Shown here: in pieces, positions 8,758-16,228 of the stretch | Numbering within the stretch: position 1 is the first letter of the stretch | Layout of the letters: each line of letters starts with the position of its first letter | From: a virus | Lineage: Duplodnaviria > Caudoviricetes | Length of the DNA stretch: 42,079 nucleotides | Reading direction: 5' to 3' (one strand) | Virus record (IMG/VR): IMGVR_UViG_3300048849_000155 | Location: 1-42,079 of that record | Made by a program: the position numbers and the translations under genes | The notes under the pieces: generated by a model | What the model was told of the DNA's origin: nothing | Seen by the model: the letters and a program-made list of their open reading frames with translations, nothing else | The model's database searches: none

Positions 8758-8886
8758 GGTGCCCTTGGGAAGGGGTGTTCGAAGGTGCAGTCTGGTGTCA
8801 GCCCCGTTAAAAGGGCGAAGCGACCCAGTGCTGTAACACGAAGGCCGCTTCTCATCCGCTCGCCGGCACACAACCTTGGAGGGACT

Positions 8887-9075
8887 TTGACCGAGCCTAC
8901 CAACGGGCTCACGGCTGCTGCTGTGACCCACCTAAGACTCCTGCGCACCGAAGCGGGAGGGCAAGACGACACGTATGTGAGGCTCGCTTTCACATACGGG
9001 CTGACCGTTCCCGAGATCGTGGAGGCTTCCGGGCTTCCCCTCGAACGGGTCAGACACATCCTCGGTGGTTCCTGA
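8887..9075 (+). CDS. Small HTH-like protein; start uncertain (reading frame is open from ATG 8548)
   Basis: GGAGGG RBS plus TTG at 8887; YGLTVPEIVEASGLPLERVRHIL HTH-like; TGATG coupling to the rep gene. Confidence 0.7.
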   Translation: MTEPTNGLTAAAVTHLRLLRTEAGGQDDTYVRLAFTYGLTVPEIVEASGLPLERVRHILGGS

Positions 9076-9785
9076 TGGGGTGGGCGAGGCTGGATGACAA
9101 CTTCCACGACCACCCGAAACTCATCGGTCTGTCGCTCGAGGCGCTCGGCCTGTGGACGAAGTGCTTCACCTGGGCGCACCGCCACCACGGCTCATCGATC
9201 GTCCTTGGACACCTGCCCGAGGGGCTCGCCCAGACGTTCGCCGGGAGCCGCGCAGCGAAGCTCGTCAAAGAGCTCGAACTGCACCGACTCTGGGACATCG
9301 AGGACGGACTCGGCGGCTGGGTCATCCACGACTACGTCGACTACCTGCCCGCGTCGGAGAAACCATCGACGTCGCTCGAAGTAAGCAAGGCGAGGTCAGA
9401 AGCAGGTAAACGCGGGGCAGAAGCCCGATGGGGCGTGGCAAACGAATCACAAGCGGGTAGCAACTTGCCAGCCGACCCGAATGGCAAACCTATAGCCCCG
9501 ACCCGACCCGACCCGACCCGAGAAGAATCTAAAGATTCTTCCTCCAGGGCAGGCAAGAAACCGGACGTCAGATTGCCCGCAGATTGGGCTCCCACAGCTG
9601 CTCACTACGAGCGGGCGAAGACCACTGGTGTGGACATCGTTCGGGAGGTCGAACTGTTCCGGCTCCACGCGGACACACATGATCGGCACGCCGCGAACTG
9701 GAACGCTGCGTTCACCACGTGGCTGACCAAATCGAAGCCATCTGCCCCTGCTGCTCGTAACCGTGACGCTTGGATGAACCAGTGA
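9075..9785 (+). CDS. Replication initiator (lambda O-like layout; C-terminal DnaT-like domain)
   Basis: WARLDDNFHDHPK N-terminus, GWVIHDYVDY, low-complexity linker with DNA repeats, RLPADWAPT...NWNAAFTTW; followed by helicase. Confidence 0.8.
   Translation: MGWARLDDNFHDHPKLIGLSLEALGLWTKCFTWAHRHHGSSIVLGHLPEGLAQTFAGSRAAKLVKELELHRLWDIEDGLGGWVIHDYVDYLPASEKPSTSLEVSKARSEAGKRGAEARWGVANESQAGSNLPADPNGKPIAPTRPDPTREESKDSSSRAGKKPDVRLPADWAPTAAHYERAKTTGVDIVREVELFRLHADTHDRHAANWNAAFTTWLTKSKPSAPAARNRDAWMNQ
9436..9541. repeat. Putative replication origin inside the initiator gene
   Basis: TGGCAAAC twice (9436, 9482); CCCGA x5 (9497-9521); palindrome GAAGAATCT-AA-AGATTCTTC (9522-9541). Confidence 0.6.
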
Positions 9786-10957
9786 CCGGCACGACCGCGG
9801 AGAGGTTCACGCTCGGCGCGGTGATGCAGGACTCACGGACGTACAGGCTGACGGCAGGCGTGGTGTCGGCGGATGACTTCGCGGACGGTCGCCTCGGTGC
9901 GATCTTCGCGGGTATCGGTCGGATGCTCTCTTCGGGTGAGCATGTGGATGCGATGGCGGTGGAGCGGAAGTTCCCCGACTGGCAGATCCGCGGCATCGAA
10001 CCGGCCGAGCTGTACGTGATGACGTCGGAGGTGCCGTTCACGCACGCTGTCGTCGAGTACGCGCAGCAGGTTCGGGATGAGGCGGTGAACCGGAAGCTGT
10101 CCCGGGTGGCCCGTCAGGTGATGGAGGACGTCGCTGACCCGGCTACGACCCCACCGGATGCCGTTGCCCGTGCGATCGCAGGGCTCGAGGGTGTCCGCGA
10201 TTCTGCGGCGTCGGGTGAGTTCATCGCGAAGAAGCTGGCCGACATCCTGGCTGGCGTCGACATGGATTACGACTGGGTCATCGAAGGGCTCCTCGAGCGC
10301 AAGGACCGATTGATCATGACCGGCGGGGAGGGCATGGGTAAGACCACGTTCGTCCGCCAGTTGGCGATCCTCGCAGCTGCTGGGATTCACCCGTTCGACT
10401 TCCACCAGATCCCACCGGTGAACGTGCTGGTGGTGGACGTGGAGAACACCGAGAAGCAGTGGCGCCGGCAGGCCGGGTGGATGGCCAGGAAGGCACGCGA
10501 CCTGGGAACGGTCGACCCGGCCGAAACCATCCACCTGTTCTGCTCCACCCGACTGAACATCACGAAGGACGCCCACCTCGGGGAAATTCACCGACTCGTG
10601 GACATTCACAAACCAGACGTTCTGTTCATCGGCCCGCTCTACAAGATGGTGCCGAAAGCCATCACCAACGACGACGACGCCGCCCCGCTGATCGTCGCTC
10701 TCGACTCTCTGCGTGAACGCAACATCGCTCTGGTGATGGAGGCGCATGCCGGTAAGGGCATTGGCGGCGACGGGGAACGCGACCTCCGACCTCGCGGTTC
10801 CGCAGCGCTAGTCGGGTGGCCGGAGTTTGGGATGGGCATCAACACCACCGAGTTCGAGGGCGTGTTCGAGCTCAAGAAATGGCGTGGCGCCCGTGAGGAA
10901 CGGGACTGGCCGAAAAACATGGCGCGAGGAGGCGACTGGCCGTGGACAAAAGCATGA
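9782..10957 (+). CDS. Replicative helicase (DnaB-like N-terminus plus RecA-type/AAA_25 ATPase)
   Basis: Walker A GGEGMGKT, VLVVDVEN, RPRGSAAL..WPEFG; GTGA overlap with rep. Confidence 0.88.
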   Translation: MTGTTAERFTLGAVMQDSRTYRLTAGVVSADDFADGRLGAIFAGIGRMLSSGEHVDAMAVERKFPDWQIRGIEPAELYVMTSEVPFTHAVVEYAQQVRDEAVNRKLSRVARQVMEDVADPATTPPDAVARAIAGLEGVRDSAASGEFIAKKLADILAGVDMDYDWVIEGLLERKDRLIMTGGEGMGKTTFVRQLAILAAAGIHPFDFHQIPPVNVLVVDVENTEKQWRRQAGWMARKARDLGTVDPAETIHLFCSTRLNITKDAHLGEIHRLVDIHKPDVLFIGPLYKMVPKAITNDDDAAPLIVALDSLRERNIALVMEAHAGKGIGGDGERDLRPRGSAALVGWPEFGMGINTTEFEGVFELKKWRGAREERDWPKNMARGGDWPWTKA

Positions 10958-11103
10958 CCGGGCAGACGAGGCCGCGGCACATCACGCTGCGGGTCACAGA
11001 ACAGGGGGCGCTCGAAGTGCAGCGTCTCGCACAGCAGGACAAATCAGTGTCGGCGTATCTGCGCCGGCTGATCATCGAAGACAAGAAGCGAAGGAGCAAG
11101 TAA
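10954..11103 (+). CDS. Ribbon-helix-helix DNA-binding protein (49 aa, absent from ORF track)
   Basis: MTGQTRPRHITLRVTEQGALEVQRLAQQDKSVSAYLRRLIIEDKKRRSK: alternating beta strand ITLRV and the S.SAY.R helix pattern; ATGA and TAATG overlaps. Confidence 0.8.
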   Translation: MTGQTRPRHITLRVTEQGALEVQRLAQQDKSVSAYLRRLIIEDKKRRSK

Positions 11104-11564
11104 TGGCTAGAGCAACTATCACGATCGAGGGGTTCGTTTCGAAGGACCCCGAGACGCGCCAGGTCACTGGCCACACCATCACTTCGGTGTCGATTCCGGT
11201 TACCCCGCAGAAGAAGAACCAGCAGGGCGTCTACGAGGACTTTGGAGACACCGTCTGGTACTCGGCAGAACTGTGGGACGAGCACGGGGAAGCCGCAGCA
11301 CGCACTGTTCGGAAGGGCGACCTTGTGGTCGCGACCGGACAGCTCGTCGTGCAGGTTCGCGAGAAAGACGGCAAGACGTACATCAACCACACAGTGGTGT
11401 TCCCGACGCTCTCAGTGGTCGTCAGGAAACCGTCACGTGCTCAGCAAGCCAATCAGTCGCAGACGGAGCCGTGGGCGGCGTCAGCCCCCGCACAGCCCGC
11501 AACGGGTGGTGCCTCCGATGTGTGGAACACCGCCGGTTCCTTCTCAGACGACACCCCATTCTGA
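11103..11564 (+). CDS. ssb: Single-stranded DNA-binding protein
   Basis: OB-fold pattern ITIEGFVSKDPE and VRKGDLVVATGQL; acidic C-terminus DDTPF. Confidence 0.93.
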   Translation: MARATITIEGFVSKDPETRQVTGHTITSVSIPVTPQKKNQQGVYEDFGDTVWYSAELWDEHGEAAARTVRKGDLVVATGQLVVQVREKDGKTYINHTVVFPTLSVVVRKPSRAQQANQSQTEPWAASAPAQPATGGASDVWNTAGSFSDDTPF

Positions 11565-11704
11565 TGCCCGCGAAGTCGCCGTCCTTCAAGCCGGCCCCAG
11601 TGGTCGTGTTCCTCGAACCGTCCCCGCACCTGTGTGCGCAGTGCAAGACCCCGCTCGGCAAGTCGAGCATCCCCTGCAAGAACGAACCGAAGGAGTCGCG
11701 ATGA
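11564..11704 (+). CDS. Small Cys-containing protein (46 aa)
   Basis: MPAKSPSF...HLCAQC...C; overlaps both neighbours. Confidence 0.6.
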   Translation: MPAKSPSFKPAPVVVFLEPSPHLCAQCKTPLGKSSIPCKNEPKESR

Positions 11705-12063
11705 GCGATGTAGCAACGTGGACCAACCCCCACACGCAGAAAGAACACTTCGTTGGCCAGCGAGTCATGTGGGTATTCGGACGCAAGGACAACGCCGAGT
11801 ACGGAGAGACCGGCACCGTCGTCAGCATCCCCGGCGAGACCGGCACTGGCGAGTTCTCCGTGCAGATGGACCAACCTCGGAACAAGCGAGACACGAACTC
11901 CGGTCGCCTGATGCACTTCACGACAGACTCGCTCATCACGATCCGAGACGCGCATCTCGCGACCGCAACCCGGCTCCGCGCAGTTGCCGACCAGTACCAG
12001 GAGGCGGCCGACCGATACACCGAGTTCGGCATGCCCATCCCGTCTGAGGTGGTGTCTTCGTGA
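11701..12063 (+). CDS. Hypothetical protein
   Basis: AAGGAG RBS; starts MSDVATWTNPH. Confidence 0.75.
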   Translation: MSDVATWTNPHTQKEHFVGQRVMWVFGRKDNAEYGETGTVVSIPGETGTGEFSVQMDQPRNKRDTNSGRLMHFTTDSLITIRDAHLATATRLRAVADQYQEAADRYTEFGMPIPSEVVSS

Positions 12064-12494
12064 CCGCCCCAGACCTCAGCCCAGACGCGATTGAAAAGTT
12101 GATCAAGCACCTGAGGGATGACGCGGGGACAGCGGATCACGATTGCTCACCATTCGCTTCCGCTGAGGCGATTGACATGCGGCAAGCCGCTGATGTCCTC
12201 GAATCCTTTCTGTCGGTGACACCTAACTCCTACGAGTCGACGGTGGCTCAGGGCTTCGATTTCACAGGCTGCTCCGACTGGAACGGTCCTGCCGAGCACT
12301 GCCTCTGCGAAACGTGGGAGGAGACGGTGTGCGCGGCGTGTGACGAGCCAATCCGTGACGCCCAGCAGATCGGCACTGAACACCGCAACGCCACCCCCTG
12401 GCTGCCTATCGGGAGCGAGCACATCGAGTGGGAAACGATCGTCTGGCACATCGACTGCGACGACGTCAGCGCCGCCACCAAGGAGGAATCATGA
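12060..12494 (+). CDS. Hypothetical protein, probably Zn-binding
   Basis: CAAC...WHIDC motifs; GTGA and ATGA overlaps. Confidence 0.72.
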   Translation: MTAPDLSPDAIEKLIKHLRDDAGTADHDCSPFASAEAIDMRQAADVLESFLSVTPNSYESTVAQGFDFTGCSDWNGPAEHCLCETWEETVCAACDEPIRDAQQIGTEHRNATPWLPIGSEHIEWETIVWHIDCDDVSAATKEES

Positions 12495-12979
12495 CTGACC
12501 CCTCTCTCACCTCGGAAGCCCTCGACACGATAGAGGCAGAGACACTGGCGATTCACAAGCCGCACGAGGTCTACGAGAACTACGAGGAGGGCGACGAGCA
12601 CAAGTACGAGCCGAATCTGGTCATCTGTTTCGAGTGCAGCGAAGACCATGTCGAGGTCGAGTACGAGGACGGGACGCTGGAATACGAATCGGACGGCGGA
12701 ATCGTCACCTTCCCCTGCGTCCCGTTCATCCTTGCTACCGAGCTTCGTCGTCTCCGCACCGAGAACGAGGAACAGTCGCTCACCGAACTGCTCATCGAGC
12801 ATCAGCCCTCTCAGTGGAGGTCATTCACGACCGACGAAATCGTGTACCGGTGTTGCGGCCAGGATTTCGGTCCGGTCTCGAAGAAGCGTGGGAAGGACAG
12901 CCCTACGCCATACGCGCTCTGGGTGGAACACGTCGCGTCTGCCTACCGCGCCGCCCTGACCGGGGAGGCAACGACATGA
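12491..12979 (+). CDS. Hypothetical protein
   Basis: AGGAGG RBS; H...CFEC...FPC motif common in actinophage small genes. Confidence 0.78.
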   Translation: MTDPSLTSEALDTIEAETLAIHKPHEVYENYEEGDEHKYEPNLVICFECSEDHVEVEYEDGTLEYESDGGIVTFPCVPFILATELRRLRTENEEQSLTELLIEHQPSQWRSFTTDEIVYRCCGQDFGPVSKKRGKDSPTPYALWVEHVASAYRAALTGEATT

Positions 12980-13119
12980 ACTGCCCGACTTGCGGCAACC
13001 CGAGCATGGACGAGTTCCCGATCCGCAATAGCTGGGGAACCGGCACCGTCGAAGCCGTCGTTCGGTACTGCCAGACGTGCGGCGAAATGCTCACCGAGGA
13101 ACGGGAGGAAGCGAAATGA
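12976..13119 (+). CDS. Zinc-ribbon protein (47 aa)
   Basis: MNCPTCG...YCQTCG; GGAGG RBS; ATGA overlaps. Confidence 0.75.
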   Translation: MNCPTCGNPSMDEFPIRNSWGTGTVEAVVRYCQTCGEMLTEEREEAK

Positions 13120-13295
13120 GCGACAAAGCACCCACCGACTTGGCTGCACTGGTTGAGAACATCTCGCGGTGCTGGCAAGGAGGATTCCACGCCTACATGG
13201 CGGGGCCGTGCTTCGAAACGATCGAGCGCGCGACCGCGTACCGAGACGAACTCGACAGGGAAGGCGTCACATGGAAATCACGAAGGGACTACTAG
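13116..13295 (+). CDS. Hypothetical protein
   Basis: Starts MSDKAPTDL; GGAGG RBS. Confidence 0.65.
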   Translation: MSDKAPTDLAALVENISRCWQGGFHAYMAGPCFETIERATAYRDELDREGVTWKSRRDY

Positions 13296-13300
13296 GACCG

Positions 13301-13822
13301 ATGACTGACGACAACCTGCCCGACGTGGCCGCCATCAGCGCGGCCCTCGAAGCACTCGACGGACAGATCAGTTTCCTCGATGAGACGCGCGGCCTCCCGA
13401 GCGACCCGCCTCACCCCGATTTGCTGATCTTGGCGAGGGCCCGCACGGCGTTGGAGTCCTTGTCTGCCCGTGTCACCCAAGCCGCCGAAGAGTCGCCCGA
13501 GATGAGGTTCATTCGGGAGATTCACGAGATGGCGACCGCAACGGCATGGAGTCCTGAGCAGGTGATGGAGACGGCAGGCATCTACCGGTTGTTGCGGTCG
13601 GCAGAGGCGGAGCGTGACGAGCTTCGGGGGCTTGTCACCCAAGCCGAAACGACGACAGCCGCGGACGCAATGCGCGACATCGAAGCTGAGGCCCGTGAAA
13701 TCTACGTCGCAGGGCTGTGGGAGAAGGTGCCCGAGCGGCTGAAGGGCAACTACCGGACAGTCGCAGCGGCACGGCTCCTCGACCGCCCCGGAATCGCGAA
13801 CGAAGGAGAAGGCAATGAGTAG
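13301..13822 (+). CDS. Hypothetical mosaic protein
   Basis: Starts MTDDNLPDV (alternative start 13271); internal 14-bp direct repeat. Confidence 0.7.
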   Translation: MTDDNLPDVAAISAALEALDGQISFLDETRGLPSDPPHPDLLILARARTALESLSARVTQAAEESPEMRFIREIHEMATATAWSPEQVMETAGIYRLLRSAEAERDELRGLVTQAETTTAADAMRDIEAEAREIYVAGLWEKVPERLKGNYRTVAAARLLDRPGIANEGEGNE

Positions 13823-14012
13823 CTGGAACCTCGAAACACCACACGGCTTGATCGCGAATGCAATCGCGACTGCGAAGAATTCCGGCACGGGGTCGCTCGG
13901 CTCTGTGGTGGCACACAACCTCGCAGTCGATGTGGTTGCGGCGCTCCGAGATGCCGGGATACTCCCTACCCCTGTTTCGGGTATCACGGACCAGAAGGAC
14001 AGAAACAAATGA
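13815..14012 (+). CDS. Hypothetical protein
   Basis: AAGGAG RBS; overlaps neighbours. Confidence 0.65.
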   Translation: MSSWNLETPHGLIANAIATAKNSGTGSLGSVVAHNLAVDVVAALRDAGILPTPVSGITDQKDRNK

Positions 14013-14140
14013 GCGCGTGCGAAATCTGCTGGACGACAGCATCCCGGAAAGCGCTAATGGGTGGGGGCTTCACCGCCGACTTGTACAAGCTCGAACTCGC
14101 CGCCCATCCAGAGCACGGCGCAGACCAGAAGGACAGAAAC
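13989..14140 (+). repeat. 18-bp direct repeat GACCAGAAGGACAGAAAC at consecutive gene junctions
   Basis: Identical copies at 13989-14006 and 14123-14140, each containing the RBS of the next gene. Confidence 0.9.
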
Positions 14141-14149
14141 GATGGCTAA
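14009..14149 (+). CDS. Small hypothetical protein (46 aa, absent from ORF track)
   Basis: MSACEICWTTASRKALMGGGFTADLYKLELAAHPEHGADQKDRNDG; ATGA overlap; bounded by an 18-bp direct repeat. Confidence 0.65.
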   Translation: MSACEICWTTASRKALMGGGFTADLYKLELAAHPEHGADQKDRNDG

Positions 14150-14390
14150 GGGCGACGAACTCGAACTCCTGATGTACTGCGGGCGACTCCAAGCCGAAGC
14201 CCGAACAGCACGCGAAGCCCTCGCAATCGCCGAACGGAAACTCGCAGAACAGACAACGCTCACCACCGAGGGCAGGGCCAACGCAATCGCTCTCGGCGAC
14301 TGGCTGTTCGAACACCACCCCACCGGAGAACCCGACATCGCCAAGGCTGCACTCACCGCACTGAAACACCTCACGAGAGGCACCGAATGA
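14142..14390 (+). CDS. Hypothetical protein
   Basis: Starts MAKGDELELL; ATGA overlap downstream. Confidence 0.7.
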   Translation: MAKGDELELLMYCGRLQAEARTAREALAIAERKLAEQTTLTTEGRANAIALGDWLFEHHPTGEPDIAKAALTALKHLTRGTE

Positions 14391-15049
14391 CCGACACCAC
14401 AGCACTGCTCGACGCAGTCGACGCACTTACGAAACCGATCCGAAGACTCGTCATGCAAGACATCCTCGAAGGCGAACACCTCGCCGGGCAGAAGGCCGTG
14501 CACGTCGAACTCCCGCCTTTGCTTGTGCAGCTGGACGACGCCATTCGCGGCACGGTTGGCATCGGGTCGTCCGGGTCGCTTGCCAACGAAAGATCCGCCC
14601 TCAACGCCGATGCGTTCCACAAGGCGGTGATGATCACCACACTGGTTCGAGACTGGGCCACAGTCGCGAAGATCGAATACCGCCGGGATACCCCGCCGGC
14701 CGACCTGCTCCGCACCTGGTACACCCGGTACACACAGCAGGAGCACGAACAGGACGTCATCGGCTGGCACATCCGCACCATGATGTCGTGGGTGGGGCAG
14801 ATCGAGACCATGTTCGACCCGCCCCGCACCCAAGACCTGCCCAACTCCTGCCCGGTGTGCGGCGCCAAAACGTGGTGGCAGGACGGGCAGGAATATCCGC
14901 GACCGCTGATCATCACCTACCGCGACGACGTCGATATGATCGGCAACGCCAAGGGGATGTGCCGGTCCTGCGAAACGGTGTGGAACGCCCGCGAACTCGC
15001 CTACACCCTCGAACACCCGGAAGGACACGCCGCCAACGAACCTGCCTGA
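14387..15049 (+). CDS. Conserved actinophage Zn-ribbon protein, putative late transcriptional regulator
   Basis: PPLLVQL, CPVCG...CRSC..W; last early gene before the late promoter, so the role is inferred from position. Confidence 0.7.
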   Translation: MTDTTALLDAVDALTKPIRRLVMQDILEGEHLAGQKAVHVELPPLLVQLDDAIRGTVGIGSSGSLANERSALNADAFHKAVMITTLVRDWATVAKIEYRRDTPPADLLRTWYTRYTQQEHEQDVIGWHIRTMMSWVGQIETMFDPPRTQDLPNSCPVCGAKTWWQDGQEYPRPLIITYRDDVDMIGNAKGMCRSCETVWNARELAYTLEHPEGHAANEPA

Positions 15050-15065
15050 CAACCAGTGCCCTATT

Positions 15066-15074
15066 TGGTATGCT
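15066..15074 (+). promoter_or_regulatory. Putative late promoter (extended -10 TGG-TATGCT)
   Basis: TGn-TAnnnT just after the putative regulator gene and about 50 nt before a terminator. Confidence 0.5.
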
Positions 15075-15121
15075 GTACCCAAGTTCGTAGAACTCTGAGT
15101 AAATCCAGAACCACTACCACG

Positions 15122-15151
15122 AAAGGCCCCCGCTCACCCGGGGGCCTTTTT
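15122..15151 (+). terminator. Intrinsic terminator
   Basis: AAAGGCCCCCG-ctcacc-CGGGGGCCTTT followed by TT. Confidence 0.85.
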
Positions 15152-15166
15152 CGTGCGCCCACATCC

Positions 15167-15394
15167 TTCCGACCCAGGCCACACGCACCCGCCAAGCCGA
15201 CACATCCTCGCCCAGCTCGCTGACTACTCGCGGCACGACGACAGGAACGGCAACCTACCCACCGCGGGCCTGCGGTCGGAACACTACCCACGGGGGTCGC
15301 GTCAACACGGCCCGTCATTGCTGTGAAGGACGCTCACGAAGCGGGGGCCACGGGTCCACACCTTTCGCCGCCAGGCGCACCTGCGCGACCCCCA
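15167..15394 (+). ncRNA. Candidate structured RNA in the late leader (two domains)
   Basis: TTCCGACCCAGGCC (15167-15180) pairs with GGCCTGCGGTCGGAA (15267-15281); GGGGGTCGCG (15292-15301) pairs with CGCGACCCCC (15384-15393); no convincing ORF. Confidence 0.5.
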
Positions 15395-15402
15395 TCCTCC
15401 GC

Positions 15403-15588
15403 CTATTTCTCGATTACGGAAGTACCCGGCTGAGCCCCACCAAACGCAGCCCGGTACGCAAGCGCCAGGTCACGAAGGATCGGTGCAGCCTGACCGGACG
15501 GGTAGTCATCCGATGTAACAGCCTTCGCATGAAGCGCGATCCCCTTGTAGAGCGCGTCCCGAGCAGCCGATGAAGATTCGCCAGCCAT
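15403..15588 (-). CDS. Reverse-oriented small moron protein (61 aa)
   Basis: GAAGGG RBS plus ATG; MAGESSSAARDALYKGIALHAK...LRDLALAYRAAFGGAQPG. Confidence 0.7.
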   Translation of the reverse strand: MAGESSSAARDALYKGIALHAKAVTSDDYPSGQAAPILRDLALAYRAAFGGAQPGTSVIEK

Positions 15589-15709
15589 GTGTATCCCTTC
15601 ACGCTGGCACCCTGCCAGACACGACCGAGCGTAACGAACACACACGACACTCCACCGAGGCCAAGCCTCATCCTGACGCAGCAAGAGGCTGCAACGAGGT
15701 GAACGACCC

Positions 15710-16228
15710 ATGGCCCACGTACCGGTACAGCCCGAAACACGCGCTCAGGTCATCGCCATGATTCGTGCGGGCGTCGCTCGTAACGAGATTGCACGGCGTA
15801 CCTCGGTGTCGACGGCCACTGTCTCTCGCATTGCGAAGGCGGAGGGGTTGTCGTTCGACAGGTCGATGACGGCTCAGGCGACTGAGGCGCGTGTCATTGA
15901 CCTCGCTGCTCTACGCGTGGAGCTCGCCGAGAAGATGGGCACCGCAGCGTCACGGCTGATGGACACCATCGATTCCGAGTACCTCGTCTACAACTTCGGG
16001 GGCAAGGACAACACCTACGAGGAGCACACCCTCGAGCAAGCACCTATCGAGGTGAAGCGGTCGATTGTTGTGACTGCGGGCATTGCGTTCGACAAGCTGA
16101 CCCGCATCGTCGAGAAGGACAACGGCGGTCTCGAGCAGGCTGTCGGTGTTCTCGACCAGATCGCGGCCGGCTTCACGGCTGCTGCTGAGGCGTACAGGGC
16201 GGACACGGTCACTGATGAACCTGTCTGA
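15710..16228 (+). CDS. Terminase small subunit (N-terminal HTH)
   Basis: GVARNEIARRTSVSTATVSRIAK HTH; directly upstream of and overlapping the large subunit. Confidence 0.8.
   Translation: MAHVPVQPETRAQVIAMIRAGVARNEIARRTSVSTATVSRIAKAEGLSFDRSMTAQATEARVIDLAALRVELAEKMGTAASRLMDTIDSEYLVYNFGGKDNTYEEHTLEQAPIEVKRSIVVTAGIAFDKLTRIVEKDNGGLEQAVGVLDQIAAGFTAAAEAYRADTVTDEPV

Noticed and set aside
8718-9188. Minus-strand ORF ending PVDNAVDN
   Set aside because: The VDN repeats are simply the DnaA boxes read in reverse, and the ORF overlaps two plus-strand genes.
15292-15394. Second leader domain as a true tRNA
   Set aside because: It has an acceptor-like stem but no TTCRA T-loop or recognisable D and anticodon arms, so it is kept only as a structured RNA candidate.
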